The notes under the pieces were generated by a model, which ran no database searches, was not told the origin of the DNA, and saw only the letters and a list, made by a program, of their open reading frames with translations. Position numbers and translations under genes: made by a program. Positions 1 through 11,536 of a DNA stretch of 64,000 nt are shown in pieces. The stretch is taken from assembly GCA_000004695.1 (NCBI GenBank), contig CM000151.3, positions 1,504,001 to 1,568,000 on the forward strand. The letters run 5' to 3'. The stretch comes from Dictyostelium discoideum (lineage: Eukaryota). Each line of letters opens with the position of its first letter. Within the stretch, counting starts at the first letter, position 1.

Positions 1-125
1 AATAAATAGTTTTAATTACCCTTCTCTTTCAATTTGACATTCAATATAGGTGATATTTTTTGGTAAATTCTCGAAAACTGAATTTACAATTGGTTCAGCT
101 AGAATAACCATTATTAGTAAAGTTT

Positions 126-159
<34 letters not shown>

Positions 160-196
160 GATAATGATAATGATAATGATAATGATAATGATAATG

Positions 197-227
<31 letters not shown>

Positions 228-469
228 AAATAATAATAATAACAATAATAAAAAATAATAATAATAACAATAATAAAAAATAATAATAATAAAAAAAATA
301 AAAAAATAAACTTACAAACTTGACAATCTCTGCACCATAATGAGCAAGTGGTTTTATCGATACTTGAAATAAATTGAACAAAAACAGTTTCATTAGATTT
401 TAATGAATCTTGCAAAGTTTTATCAAAACCATCTGCGTTTGTAACAACGATTTTATTAACTAAACCCAT
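1..469 (-). CDS. Partial thioredoxin-like protein, TXNDC17/TRP14 (DUF953) family. Exon 1 is about 316..469 (ATG at 469..467). The intron is about 99..315. Exon 2 is about 21..98, followed by a further GTAATT donor, so the 3' end of the gene lies outside the window.
   Basis: The exon-1 translation MGLVNKIVVTNADGFDKTLQDSLKSNETVFVQFISSIDKTTCSLWCRDCQV ends at a GTAAGT donor. Exon 2 gives SEPIVNSVFENLPKNITYIECQIEREG. Together these read ...SLWCRDCQVSEPIV...IECQIEREG, matching the TXNDC17 pattern ...SWCPDCVQAEPVV...IYCQVGE (the WCxDC active site). Phase 1 is conserved across the intron. Confidence 0.6.
125..232. repeat. (ATAATG)n hexanucleotide microsatellite, about 17-18 units, followed by an (AATAAT)/A-rich tail. 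It lies inside the intron of the TXNDC17-like gene.
   Basis: Direct reading shows ataatgataatgataatg... continuously from about 125 to 226. Confidence 0.9.
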
Positions 470-499
470 TTTAGTGTGCGTATTAAATTAAAAAAATTG

Positions 500-533
<34 letters not shown>

Positions 534-2527
534 GTGGTTTTTTTCATTTTTTTTTTTTATCAAATTAAATGAAAAAAAAAATCTGAAAAAAAAATAAAAA
601 TAAAAAATAAAAAATAAAAATAAAAATAAAAAATAAAAATAAAAATTAAAATAAAAAAAAAAAAATCAGATCACGATGGTGAAATTATTTTTGGGAAATT
701 AAAATTCTATGTATGTTTATATTCTGTTTAAAAAAAGTGTAAAAAAATAAATAATTGTTAAACAAATTTAAAAAAATAGTATTGAATAATCTTATTTTAA
801 AGATAAAAATAAAATTAATAATAAAAAAAAAAAAACAAAAAAATTTTCATTGGTTTAAATTATTTAAAAAAAAAAAAAAATAGAGGGATTTTTATTTTTT
901 TTTAAAAAAAAAAGAGGAAAAAAAAAAAAAAAAAAAAAAAAAAAGAAAAATTAAAAATTAAAAATTAAAATAATAATCTTTTTCCAAAATTGGTCATTTT
1001 AAAATTTGAAATCTAGATAAAATATTGATATGTTTTTGAAGTTGATCCACCAATTTGGAAAATTTTTAAAAAAATCTATAGAAAAGGCATTAATAAATAG
1101 TTTGTATATTAAATAAAGTTTCTGAAATAATAATTATTAATTATGGTAATTTTAAAGTTTGAAAGATTTTTTTTAACTGTTCATTTTTTAAAAAAATTTT
1201 TACTTTTATCTTCTTACTATTTATATTTTGATTCTTATTTTTTTTAAAATAATAATAATAATAATAATAATATTAATTTTAATTTTTTCATTTTAAAAAT
1301 AAAATATTTATTTTTAAATTAAAAAGGAATTGTGGGCATCACAATTAGTATAATTAAAAAAATAAATATATTTTTTATATATGTGAAATTAATTTTAATT
1401 GGATACCAAATACTTCTTCAATAACTCAAACATTGGCAATAAGTAGTAATAATTATAAAATTATTAAAATCAAAAGCCAACAAACGATTATGTTTATTTA
1501 AAATAAATCTGATAAAAAAAAAAAAAAATACTTTTTTTTTTTTTTTTTTTTTTTATTTATTAAAATAAATATATTATTTTATTAATTTTTATATTTTGAA
1601 TTTTAATTTAAAATAGTAAAGCCAAACAAAAAAAAAAAAAAAAAAAACAAAAATAAAATATAACAAAAAAAAAATAAAATAAAAAAAAAATAAAATAAAA
1701 ACACCATATCCATCAATATTATCTAAATTTAAACCACACACATAAAAACACAAACAAAAATTAAATTAATAAAATCCACACAAACTAACAAATAGGGAGA
1801 GACATTTTTTTTTTATTTTATTTTTTTTTTATTTATATATATATATATATATAAATATTATTTTTAATGTGATGACTTATAATAATGATGATGATTATTT
1901 AATTATTATTTTTAATGGTGATTTTATATAATTATAGATAATATATATGTGGTGTTGTTTTTGTTGTTGTTTTCAATTTTTTTAAAATTTAATAAAATAA
2001 TAATTGAATAAACGTGGGTACAATGAATTAAAATAATTTTTACTAATGAATTGTATATATGTGTCGCATAGAGAGATATAAAAAAATGAGGTTGATATTG
2101 TTGGTCGTTTAAATAAGGGTAAATGTGGGGGGTGATAGTGGTGGTGTTTGATTTTATACATTTTAAAAAAATAAAATTATAATATTGGTATCTCTTTATA
2201 TTTTATCCATATAGGGGAATGGATTGATACAAATTTATTATTACTTTTTTCTTTTTTTTACAAACAATCCTTTTTTTAATTTATTTTATTTTTTATTTTT
2301 TTTAAATAAAATAAAAAAAGAAAAAAAAAAAAAAAAAAATTTTGTCTTTTAAAAAAATAATAATAATTCAATTACTATAAATTCAATTTATTTGTTTTTC
2401 TTTAATTGTATAAAATTTAATTAAATATAAAGAGTTTTTATTTTTTTTATTTAATTTAATTTTTAATTTTTTTTTTTTATATATTTTTTTTTCATAAAAA
2501 AAAAAAAAGGTATATCCAAACAGTTGC

Positions 2528-2561
<34 letters not shown>

Positions 2562-2876
2562 TATTATTATTTTTTAGTTAATACACATTCCAAATTCAAT
2601 TAATCAAGTTGATATTTTTTTTATTAAAAAAAAAAAGAAGTTGAACCCCCTATCATATAATTATTGTTATTTTCATATTATATTTATCTTAATTTCAAAA
2701 ACCACATTTTCAAAAAAAAAATACCCACTACACACTACACTGTCATATATTCACACCGCTAAACTAATAAAATTATACACATACAAAAACTCACACAATT
2801 TAAAGTCACACACACCACAAATAATTTATAAATATAAAAAAAAACAATTAAGTTTATTAATAAAAATAAACTCTAG

Positions 2877-2924
<48 letters not shown>

Positions 2925-3097
2925 ATATAAAAGTTTTTTTTTTTTTTTAATTATTAATTTCAAAAAATATTAAACCATTTTGTAATATAAAATCCATCTT
3001 AAAAAAAAAAAAAACTTTTTTTTTCAAAACAAAATTTTTCTAAACATTTTTTAAAAATAAAATAATTAAAAAAAATAAATTAATAAATAAAATAAAA

Positions 3098-3186
3098 ATG
3101 ACAATCATAAGTAAGTTTTTAATTTATTTAATTATTTTTAAACAAAAAATTTCTATAAATATTTCAAATTTACTAATCAAAAAATC

Positions 3187-3217
<31 letters not shown>

Positions 3218-3467
3218 ATAATTTTTATTAGATAATATTTCTACATTTGGATCAAAAAATAATATGGCAAATGCAACTCAAAAAATTGATTTCCAAAATA
3301 CAACAAATCAATTAAATACATCAAATAATATTTCAAATTCATTACAATCCAGTGCTAAAATCAATACAACATGTGATAATTCTTGTAGTCAAAATGATAT
3401 AATCATAGGTGGATACAAACTACCAAAAAGTAGTGAATTACCATATGATTGCACAATTTGTTGAAAA
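3098..3467 (+). CDS. Small hypothetical two-exon gene: exon 1 3098..3110 (ATG ACA ATC ATA A), intron 3111..3231 (GTAAGT...TTAG), exon 2 3232..3467. It encodes an Asn/Ser/Thr-rich roughly 80-aa peptide with 5 Cys and no obvious signal peptide.
   Basis: ATG is followed immediately by a canonical GTAAGTTTTT donor. The acceptor tattag at 3230/3231 joins in frame (phase 1) to the 66-aa ORF 3264..3464. An A/C-rich block lies 250-400 bp upstream. Confidence 0.3.
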
Positions 3468-3845
3468 TAACAAAGTGCTCTCAACTTTAATATATAAATA
3501 TACTTTATTTTAAAATATTATTATAATTTATTAATAATAATATTTCAAATAAACAAAAATTTTTTAAAATTATAATAATATAATTAAAAAATACATATCG
3601 ATAAAAAAAAAAAAAAAAAATTTAAAAAAAAAAATAAAATAAATTAAAAAATTTAAAAAAAAAAAAAAAAAATATAATTTAATTATTTGTATTTTTTTGA
3701 AAATAAAAAATAACCCTTTTATATTTTTTATTTGTAAAAATATATATATATAAAACCCCCCCCTTTTTTATGGTAATTATTTACAAAATATTTATATATA
3801 TATTAATTATTTTTGAAATATTTTTTTTTTTATTTAATATTATTT

Positions 3846-4928
3846 TCAAAATAAAATTAATAAAATTAAAATTAAAGTTAAAGTCAATGATAATGAAATT
3901 AAATAATTTGAATTTGAATTTGATCTTTTTTGATTAGTTTTACGATTTGAACCACCATTATAGTTTGGATTTGCTGCATCTGGATTTACAAGGGAACCAA
4001 CATCAGTATCACATTTTAAAGATTTATAGTATGCTGATTTTCTTTGATCAAAATGTTCAGAAGCAAAGCAATTGTAACGATAACATTCCCAAATTGGATA
4101 ACAATCTTTACAAGTTAATGGTGAAACTGATGAACATCTTTTATCTTTCATACATTTTACAAATGAATTTATAGCTTGTAAACATCCATCATGTACCAAT
4201 GTAGTATTTGAACCCACACATTGTTTGTGACCGTCATTATTGCACATACAAACCCCAGTACCACAATCACCATCAACATAACACTCACTACCATATTTAT
4301 CATTACGTCTACAGATTTTATGTACTTTATCACACTCATCACCATTGAACACATCGCACAACTCTGGATTACCTCCACATGGGGTTGCGGTTTCTCTTGA
4401 ATATTTAGCAACACATTCATTCTTTTGGCAAATATGAGTGATTGGACACATTGAGTCACGGTCACATTGGTTACCTAGTACTACTGGTGAGCAGGTATTG
4501 GAATTCTCTTCACAATAATGGTTGAATGGACATTGAGAATCTGATGTACAATTACCATTATTAAGAACACATTTATAAAATTTGCATACTGATCCTTCAC
4601 CACATGTTCCACTATGACCCTCACCACAATCATCACCATTCTTTAAGTTTATATCACAAGTACCACTAATACATTTACCAATATTATTAAAAAACAATCC
4701 ACATTCTTCATCAGATTCACATGGATCACCAACTTGGACAATCTCTTGACATTTATTATTTTTACAAATATTTGGATATTCACAATCTGAACTTGATTGG
4801 CAATCTTCACCAATCTTTAATAAACTTATTAATGGACATTGTTCACTTCTTCCAAATATTTCACTATTACTTATACTAATCAAAAATATTAATGATATTA
4901 AAATTATTATTATTTTTATATTTTTCAT
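3846..4928 (-). CDS. Secreted Cys-rich (EGF-like/Cys-repeat) glycoprotein, 360 aa, single exon. It has an N-terminal signal peptide and a C-terminal hydrophobic tail consistent with a GPI-anchor signal.
   Basis: [22 protein letters not shown] is a signal peptide. About 50 Cys occur in repeated C-x-SD-x-x-C-P / C-G-x-x-x-C spacings. The C-terminus ...[23 protein letters not shown] is hydrophobic. Several N-x-S/T sites are present. Confidence 0.7.
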
Positions 4929-5484
4929 TTCTTTTTTTTTTTTTTTTGTTTAAATATTATTTGAACAAAGAAATAGAAAAAATAAAAAATTATATTTGTT
5001 GTTTTAAAAAAAAAAAAAAAATTAAACAAATATAAATAAAAATTATTTTAATTGTTGTTTAAATAATAAAAAATTAAACAAAAAAAAATAATAAAATAAA
5101 ATAAAACAAAGATGGAAAAAGGAATATTACTATTTTTTAAATTTTTATTTTAAAGTTTCAAATATATAAAGGTGATTTATTAAACCAATAATTTAACTAA
5201 CAAATATTTTAAAATGGTAAAAATACAAATAAATGGGGTACATTGTGTAATTTAATCAAATTTAAAATTAATTTTTTATAATATTATTAAAAAAAAAAAA
5301 AAAAAACCACACTTGTTTGTAGAATCTAGAAAATGTGGTCATCATACATCCTTTTTAAGTGAATTTCTATTAACAATTTATTAATTTATTGATATTTATT
5401 TGTTTTTTTTGTTTTTTTTCTATATACATCTGATTATCTTTTTTTTTTTTTTTTTTGTTTAATTAAATTAAACAATCAATTTTA

Positions 5485-5521
<37 letters not shown>

Positions 5522-5529
5522 ATAATATT

Positions 5530-8230
5530 TTAATATTGATTGGAATTATTTAAAACTTGAATCATTTTTTTAATTGTATTAAATTGAGATGATACTAAAG
5601 AGGTAGTTTGTAAATTAAATTTTGATCTAGCTGGGTATAACCAAGGTTTAATTACACTAATGAAAGAAGTTGTAGTTGGTCTAAGAATTGCTTCCCAATC
5701 TGGTTGTTGATTCTTTGGAATTGATGAAGTGATAGCAATATCAAGTGATAAAAATAAGCCTAATAATGTTGTAAATCCCAAAGCAGCTGAACCTCTTGAT
5801 AATGGCATAAAATTATACCAATAAAATGAAAGACATAAAATCAAATCACTAATTTCATCTAATAAAATTGATTCTTGATTCGATGGTGATGGTGATGGTG
5901 ATGATGATGATGATGATGATGAATTATCTATTAAATCTTCTTTAGAATTTATAATATTTTGATAAATAAAAACTTTATCAATTAATTGATCCCAAATAAT
6001 ATCTAATTCTTGAGAGTATTGTTCCCAACGATATGGTGTACTTGGTGTACGAATTGCAAATTCATAACCTTCTGGATGAATATATTGCAAAGTTAAACGA
6101 GTACCTTCCATAACTTTATTTTCATTTGACCTACTATAGCATGGAGTCACAACAAAGAAATCCTTTTTAATTAATTTATATAGATCTTTACAGGTGGTAG
6201 CAGATTCCAATTGATCTAGAATCGTTTGATTTGAAATTAAAGATGGATGTTGAATTGGTAAGAGTAATTTCATGATTTCAAATGATTTTTCAAACATTGG
6301 ATAATATCTTACCACCTTACATTGACCAGTGATAATTGGAGTATGTGAACCGAAACCCTCTTTAAACTGCTCTGGACTTAATAGATCACCCCACCAAACT
6401 GGATCATTTGGTTCAGAGATTTGACGCCACTTTACACCTATATCATAGAGATCTCTCCAACTAAATGTATGTTTCTTTGTTGAAACTGAACTACTTTTAC
6501 CATCCAATTGGAAAACGCTACTCTTTTTATTACCTGATAACCAAAGTTTTTTCAAAGTTTGTGCCATTTCAATCACTGATAGACCACATTGTAGTTTTTG
6601 TCTTGAATTTGTTAAGAAACCATCACAATTATATTGCAACATCTCTCCAATACGTTTTGCTTCTTTAAACAATGATAATTGTTCATTATTTAATTGATGA
6701 CAAATTTCAACATCAGCAACTGATTGATTAAAACTTGATTGTAATTGAAAGCCTAAACTAATACTATTGCAAGTTAATGAAGTATTTGGTATACGTTGAC
6801 ATTGAAATGTCTTTAAATAACAATTAATGAATCTATCAATGTTAAATGTTGATAAAGGTGTATTCAAATGATGATGAGTCCATAATGCTATCTCTCTTTG
6901 ATAAAAACAATTATGTAATGGATTAGTTTGTAAAATTTGGTCATAATCCGCTACTGCTTTTCTAAATGCACCAATACTTTGATTTACAATTCCACGGAAT
7001 TGACGTACATCAATGATTGATGATAATTCTTCACCACCACCACCACCACCACCACCACCACTATAATGATTACCAGTTTTAATATTACTACCACTACTAT
7101 TAGCACCACCACTACCATATAATTTTAAAAATAAATTCCAATCTTTAATTGCATCTAAATGACGACCTGAATTAAAGAATAATAAACCACGTAAATGTAA
7201 AGCGTTTGAATAATTTGGACAAATTTCCAATGCCTTTGTAAATGATTGATAGGATGGATCGAATTTACCAAGATCTTTCCAACATTGACCAATGTTTGTA
7301 TGTGAAGCCTCAAAGTATGGATCGATTCTTAAAGCCTCGGTGAATGCTTGATAGGCTTCCATTGGATATCCATTGACATTTAAACAAAGACCAATTCTAT
7401 TCCAAGCCAATTTATGTGATGGTTCAATCGAGGTAACCTTTTTAAAATCTTTTAATGCTCTTTCATAATTTCTCATTTGATAATGAAGTAAACCACGATT
7501 ATAATAAATATCATAATCATCCTCCTTATCGAATGCAACCGCTTGATTAAAATCTTCCAATGCTTCTTGCTCCATTGATTTTGCAACCTTTGATTGACCT
7601 CTACGCTTGTATGCATCGGAACTTGTATTATCCAACTCAATGGCTCTAGAGAAATCATTGATTGCTTCATTCAATTGGCCAAGGAATGCATTTGACGTAC
7701 CTCTACCCAAATACAATGATGGTACCAATGGGTTGTTATCAATTATCATTGTAAACAACTCAATTGCCTCTTCATATTGACCAGCATTAACAAATGTATT
7801 ACCTTGTGATATCAATGTTGCAATATTCTCTGTTGATAATTGTTCTAATAATTTATTTAATTCTTCCATTGAATCAGATTTAACAATAATTCCCCCCTCC
7901 TCCCCCTCTTCCTCTTCATCCTCTTCCTCCTCCCCAATATTATTACCATCTCCTTGTATATGTTGTTTTTGATGAATCTCTGATAATGATAAAGGTGGTG
8001 ACGATAATAAATCATCAATCATCTCTTGTTGTTCTTGTAAAAATTGTTGTTGTTGTTCTTGATAAATTAACATTTGCTGTTCTTGTAAAAATTGTTGCTG
8101 TTGTTGCTGTTGTTCTCTTATTGTCATTGTGTGGAATTGTTGCTGTGATTGTTGTGATAAATAAGGTGGTGGTGATGTTGAAATAAATATTGATGATGTT
8201 GTTGTAGTTTTTGGTGAAGAAATTGAAATA

Positions 8231-8265
<35 letters not shown>

Positions 8266-8862
8266 ATTATTAATATTACTATTAATATTATTATCATCAC
8301 CATCATCATTATCATCAATTGTAACTGATAAATAACCCCATGAATTATTTGCTTTTTTTCTTAAACTATTAACCAATTCAATATCATAATTTGATAATTG
8401 TTTTAAAGCTTTTGCTTTTCTTAATAATGCAATTTTATTATTTGGTTCTTTACATAAAATAACTTCACAATCTTTTATACAATGTTTATATAATTCTAAT
8501 TTATAATTACATGTTGCTCTATTACTAAAATTTTAGTAGGAGGAGGAAATAATAATAATAATAAAAAAAAAAAAAAAAAAAAAAAAAAAGTCAATAAATA
8601 ATTATTTTTTTTTTTTTTTTTTTCCATGAAAAAATTCCATTTTTAAAATTTAATAAATAAAATTAAAAAAATAAAAAAATAAAAAAAATTATTTTTTTAC
8701 ATACCACAATGCAATGATATCATTTGTATTTAATTCTATTAATTTATTTAGTATGTTCATACATTCCACATATTTTTCATTATTATAATATTCAATAGAT
8801 TGAATTTGATATTGATAAATATTTTCACTTTTAATATTTATTGGTGGGCTATTATTAATCAT
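5530..8862 (-). CDS. Tetratricopeptide (TPR) repeat protein, about 1050 aa. Exon 1 is 8705..8862 (true ATG at 8862..8860), the intron is about 8525..8704 (GTATGT...TTTTAG), and exon 2 is 5530..8524.
   Basis: The 948-aa ORF contains at least 8 TPR units (...AIELFTMIIDNNPLVPSLYLGRGTSNAFLGQLNEAINDFSRAIELD..., AYKRRGQ..., YYNRGLLHYQMRNYERALKDFKKV..., AWNRIGLCL...). The tool's 'M' at 8376 is a TTG (Leu) codon. The reading frame stays open upstream to the acceptor at 8524/8525. The upstream exon encodes MINNSPPINIKSENIYQYQIQSIEYYNNEKYVECMNILNKLIELNTNDIIAL and joins in phase 2 (TG|T = Cys). A poly-Q/N and acidic low-complexity N-terminal region is present. Confidence 0.7.
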
Positions 8863-9318
8863 TTTTTTTTTTTTCTAAATTATTTTTATATTTTTACATG
8901 TAAATTATTTTATTTAAAATTATTTTATTTTATAATTATTTATTATTATTTTATTTTTTGTATTTAATTTTATTTTTTTTATTTTTTATTTTAATAACCT
9001 CCAAATAGAAATAAATAAGAGAAAGTAATAATAAATTTGATGAGTTTAAAAAAAATGAATGAATGAAAAAAAGAAATAAAAAAAACACAAAAAAAAAAAA
9101 ATAAAAAAAAAAACATAAAAAAAAAATAAAAAAAAAAACACACACATTATTATTTTATTTTTTATTTTTTATTTTTTTTGTTATTTTTTATTTTTTTTTT
9201 TTTTTTCTACATACACTCCCAAAAAAAAAAAAAAAAAAAAAAAAACAACACTTTTAACACACACTGTGGTCATTTTTTTGATCCGATAATAGCTAAATTT
9301 AGTGGATGTTATTTGGGG

Positions 9319-9358
<40 letters not shown>

Positions 9359-9507
9359 AAATTAAATTTATTATTTTTCCAAATGTAACTATTATTATTA
9401 TTATTATTATTATTATTCTTGTATTTTTAATATAAATAAAAATAAAAAATAAAATATATTTTTATTTTTTTATTATTTATTATTATTATTATTATTATTT
9501 TTTTTTT

Positions 9508-10588
9508 TTAATTAATTTTTACAACTGTTCTAACTGATTTTTCATTAACTAACCATTCTTTTTCAATATCTTTTAAGTCAATTATTTTAATGTCAACTTT
9601 TAATTTACCTTGTTTGGCTAAAAGTAAAAGTTCATTCAAATGCTCTTTGTAATAGGTATGCATTTGGGTTGCAGGGAAACTACCTAAACCCGAGCCAAGG
9701 ATGGAGATTGCAGTACTTCTCAAGGCAGCGGATGGGAGGTTAATTGAGCTACCAGCCATTTCACCAACACTGACGATCTTGGTTACGTGGTATTGTTTTT
9801 GTGCGACAATGGACTTGATGATCATCTCTGTTGGCTGGCCCCATAAATAATCCAAAACGATGTCGATTGGCTGTTTGTCCAATATCTGCTTCATCTGTGC
9901 TGCTACACCCTCTTCAGAATTCAACACCAAAATCTCGTCGACCCCATAGTCAGCTTGGAGTTTCTTTAAGGCCTCTTCGTTTCTACCTGCTGCAATTACC
10001 TTTGAGGCACCACGAATTTTTGCGATTTGGACAGCCACTGAACCAGTTACACCGGTTGCACCATTCACCAATACCACATCACCCTTCTTAATCTCTGCTC
10101 TGAATAACAATGCCATGTCTGAGCCTAACAATGTGTTTGGTAGTGCTGCAGCAATGTATGGATCGACGTCATTTGATAATGGGGCATATTTACCTTTCTC
10201 AACCAAGGATTTCTCTGCAATCATACCATCACCAAAACAATAAACTAATTGACCATCCTCAAGTCTACCAACACCATCAATACCAACTGCTGTTGGGAAT
10301 TTAGTATATTTCATATAATGTCTTCCACTTACTCTTCCACGATCCAATTGTTTAATAGTTGATGCAATCATTGATACTTTAACAAAATCACCATGTTCTT
10401 TTGGTTCTGGGAATTCATCATATTTTGGTGATGTACCAATTTCATATAATACTTTTTTTTTAAAAAATAAAAAAAAATAAAAATAAAAATAAAAAAAAAA
10501 AAGATAAATAATTAGTATATCTGAAAAATCTAAAAATAAAAAAATAAAAAAATAATTATTATTTACCTGCTGCTTTCATTGTTGACAT
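9508..10588 (-). CDS. Medium-chain dehydrogenase/reductase (zinc-binding ADH / quinone oxidoreductase, zeta-crystallin-like), about 324 aa. Exon 1 is 10567..10588 (MSTMKAA), the intron is about 10461..10566 (GTAAAT...AAAAAG), and exon 2 is 9508..10460.
   Basis: The Rossmann motif VLVNGATGVTGSVAVQIAKIRGA is present. The N-terminal beta-strand region VLYEIGTSPKYDEFPEPKEHGDFVKV is typical of the MDR family. A 22-nt first exon ATGTCAACAATGAAAGCAGCAG plus GTAAAT donor restores the canonical MKAAVL... start in phase 1. Confidence 0.75.
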
Positions 10589-10603
10589 TTTTTTTAAATA
10601 TAT

Positions 10604-10634
<31 letters not shown>

Positions 10635-11030
10635 TTTCTTTTTTTTTAATTTATTATTACTTTTATTGTTTTTATTGAAAATGAAAATTTTATTTTTTTT
10701 AATTTTAATTTATCCAAAAAAAAAAAAAAAAATGAAATTAAAAAAAAAAAAATTAAAAAAAATAAAATAAAATAAAATTTAGTTGCGAAGTCATAGTGCA
10801 AAAATTTCAGAGTTGATTCAAGAATATTCAGGAGCGATCCTTATTCTGAAAAAGTCTTTTTTTTTATGGGATCCAAATATTTAAAAAAATTATTTTTATT
10901 TTTTTTTTTTATTTTATTTTTTTTTTTTTTATTTATTTTATACTAAATTGGTTTTTATAGTTTTCATCAAAAAAAAAATTTTAATTTTAATTTTTTTTTT
11001 TATAATGGTATATAAATAGCTATTATTTTT

Positions 11031-11071
<41 letters not shown>

Positions 11072-11536
11072 TAAAAAAATCATAAAGTGTAAATGATTGG
11101 TGAAAAGGCATTTCAAAACCGGTTCTTTTTTTGAAATTTCTTTTTTCTCTTTTGCTGGAAAAAAAAAAAAATAAAAATAAAAAAAAAATAAAATTTTTTT
11201 TTTAATATTTTTTTTTTTTTTTTTTTGTTTTTTTTTTTTTTTTTTTGTTTTTTTATTTATATGTTATAAAATTTAATTTATTAAGTTTCTTTTTTTTTTT
11301 TTTTTTATTTTAAAATTACAGCTCACACACAAACACACCACTTGATATTTTAACTTGATATTTTTATTTTTTTTTTTATTTTTTCTTTTTTTTTAAAAAA
11401 ATTTTCTAATTTTTTAAGTTTTTCAATTATTAAATAAAACAATATAAATACACAACTACTTTTTATAAAAATACAATACAAATATAACATACAACAAATA
11501 TAAATAAATAAATAAATAAATAAAATATAATATAAA

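Noticed and set aside
16-393. Tool ORFs 16..393(-), 50..283(+), 8124..8318(-), 22374..22580(+), 56908..57114(+), 57837..58022(+), 18453..18766(-), 20555..21082 and others, encoding poly-I/F/Y/K/N peptides
   Set aside because: They are translations of A/T homopolymers and microsatellites (ATAATG, AAT, poly-A/T) with no start/stop context or motifs. Several lie inside introns or antisense to well-supported genes.
4169-4465. 98-aa ORF antisense-frame inside the Cys-rich secreted protein gene
   Set aside because: It is an alternative frame of the same strand within a well-supported 360-aa ORF and has no independent signals.
9178-9435. 85-aa ORF (+) in the TPR-MDR intergenic region
   Set aside because: It is a homopolymer-derived (poly-K/F/I) translation spanning poly-A tracts.
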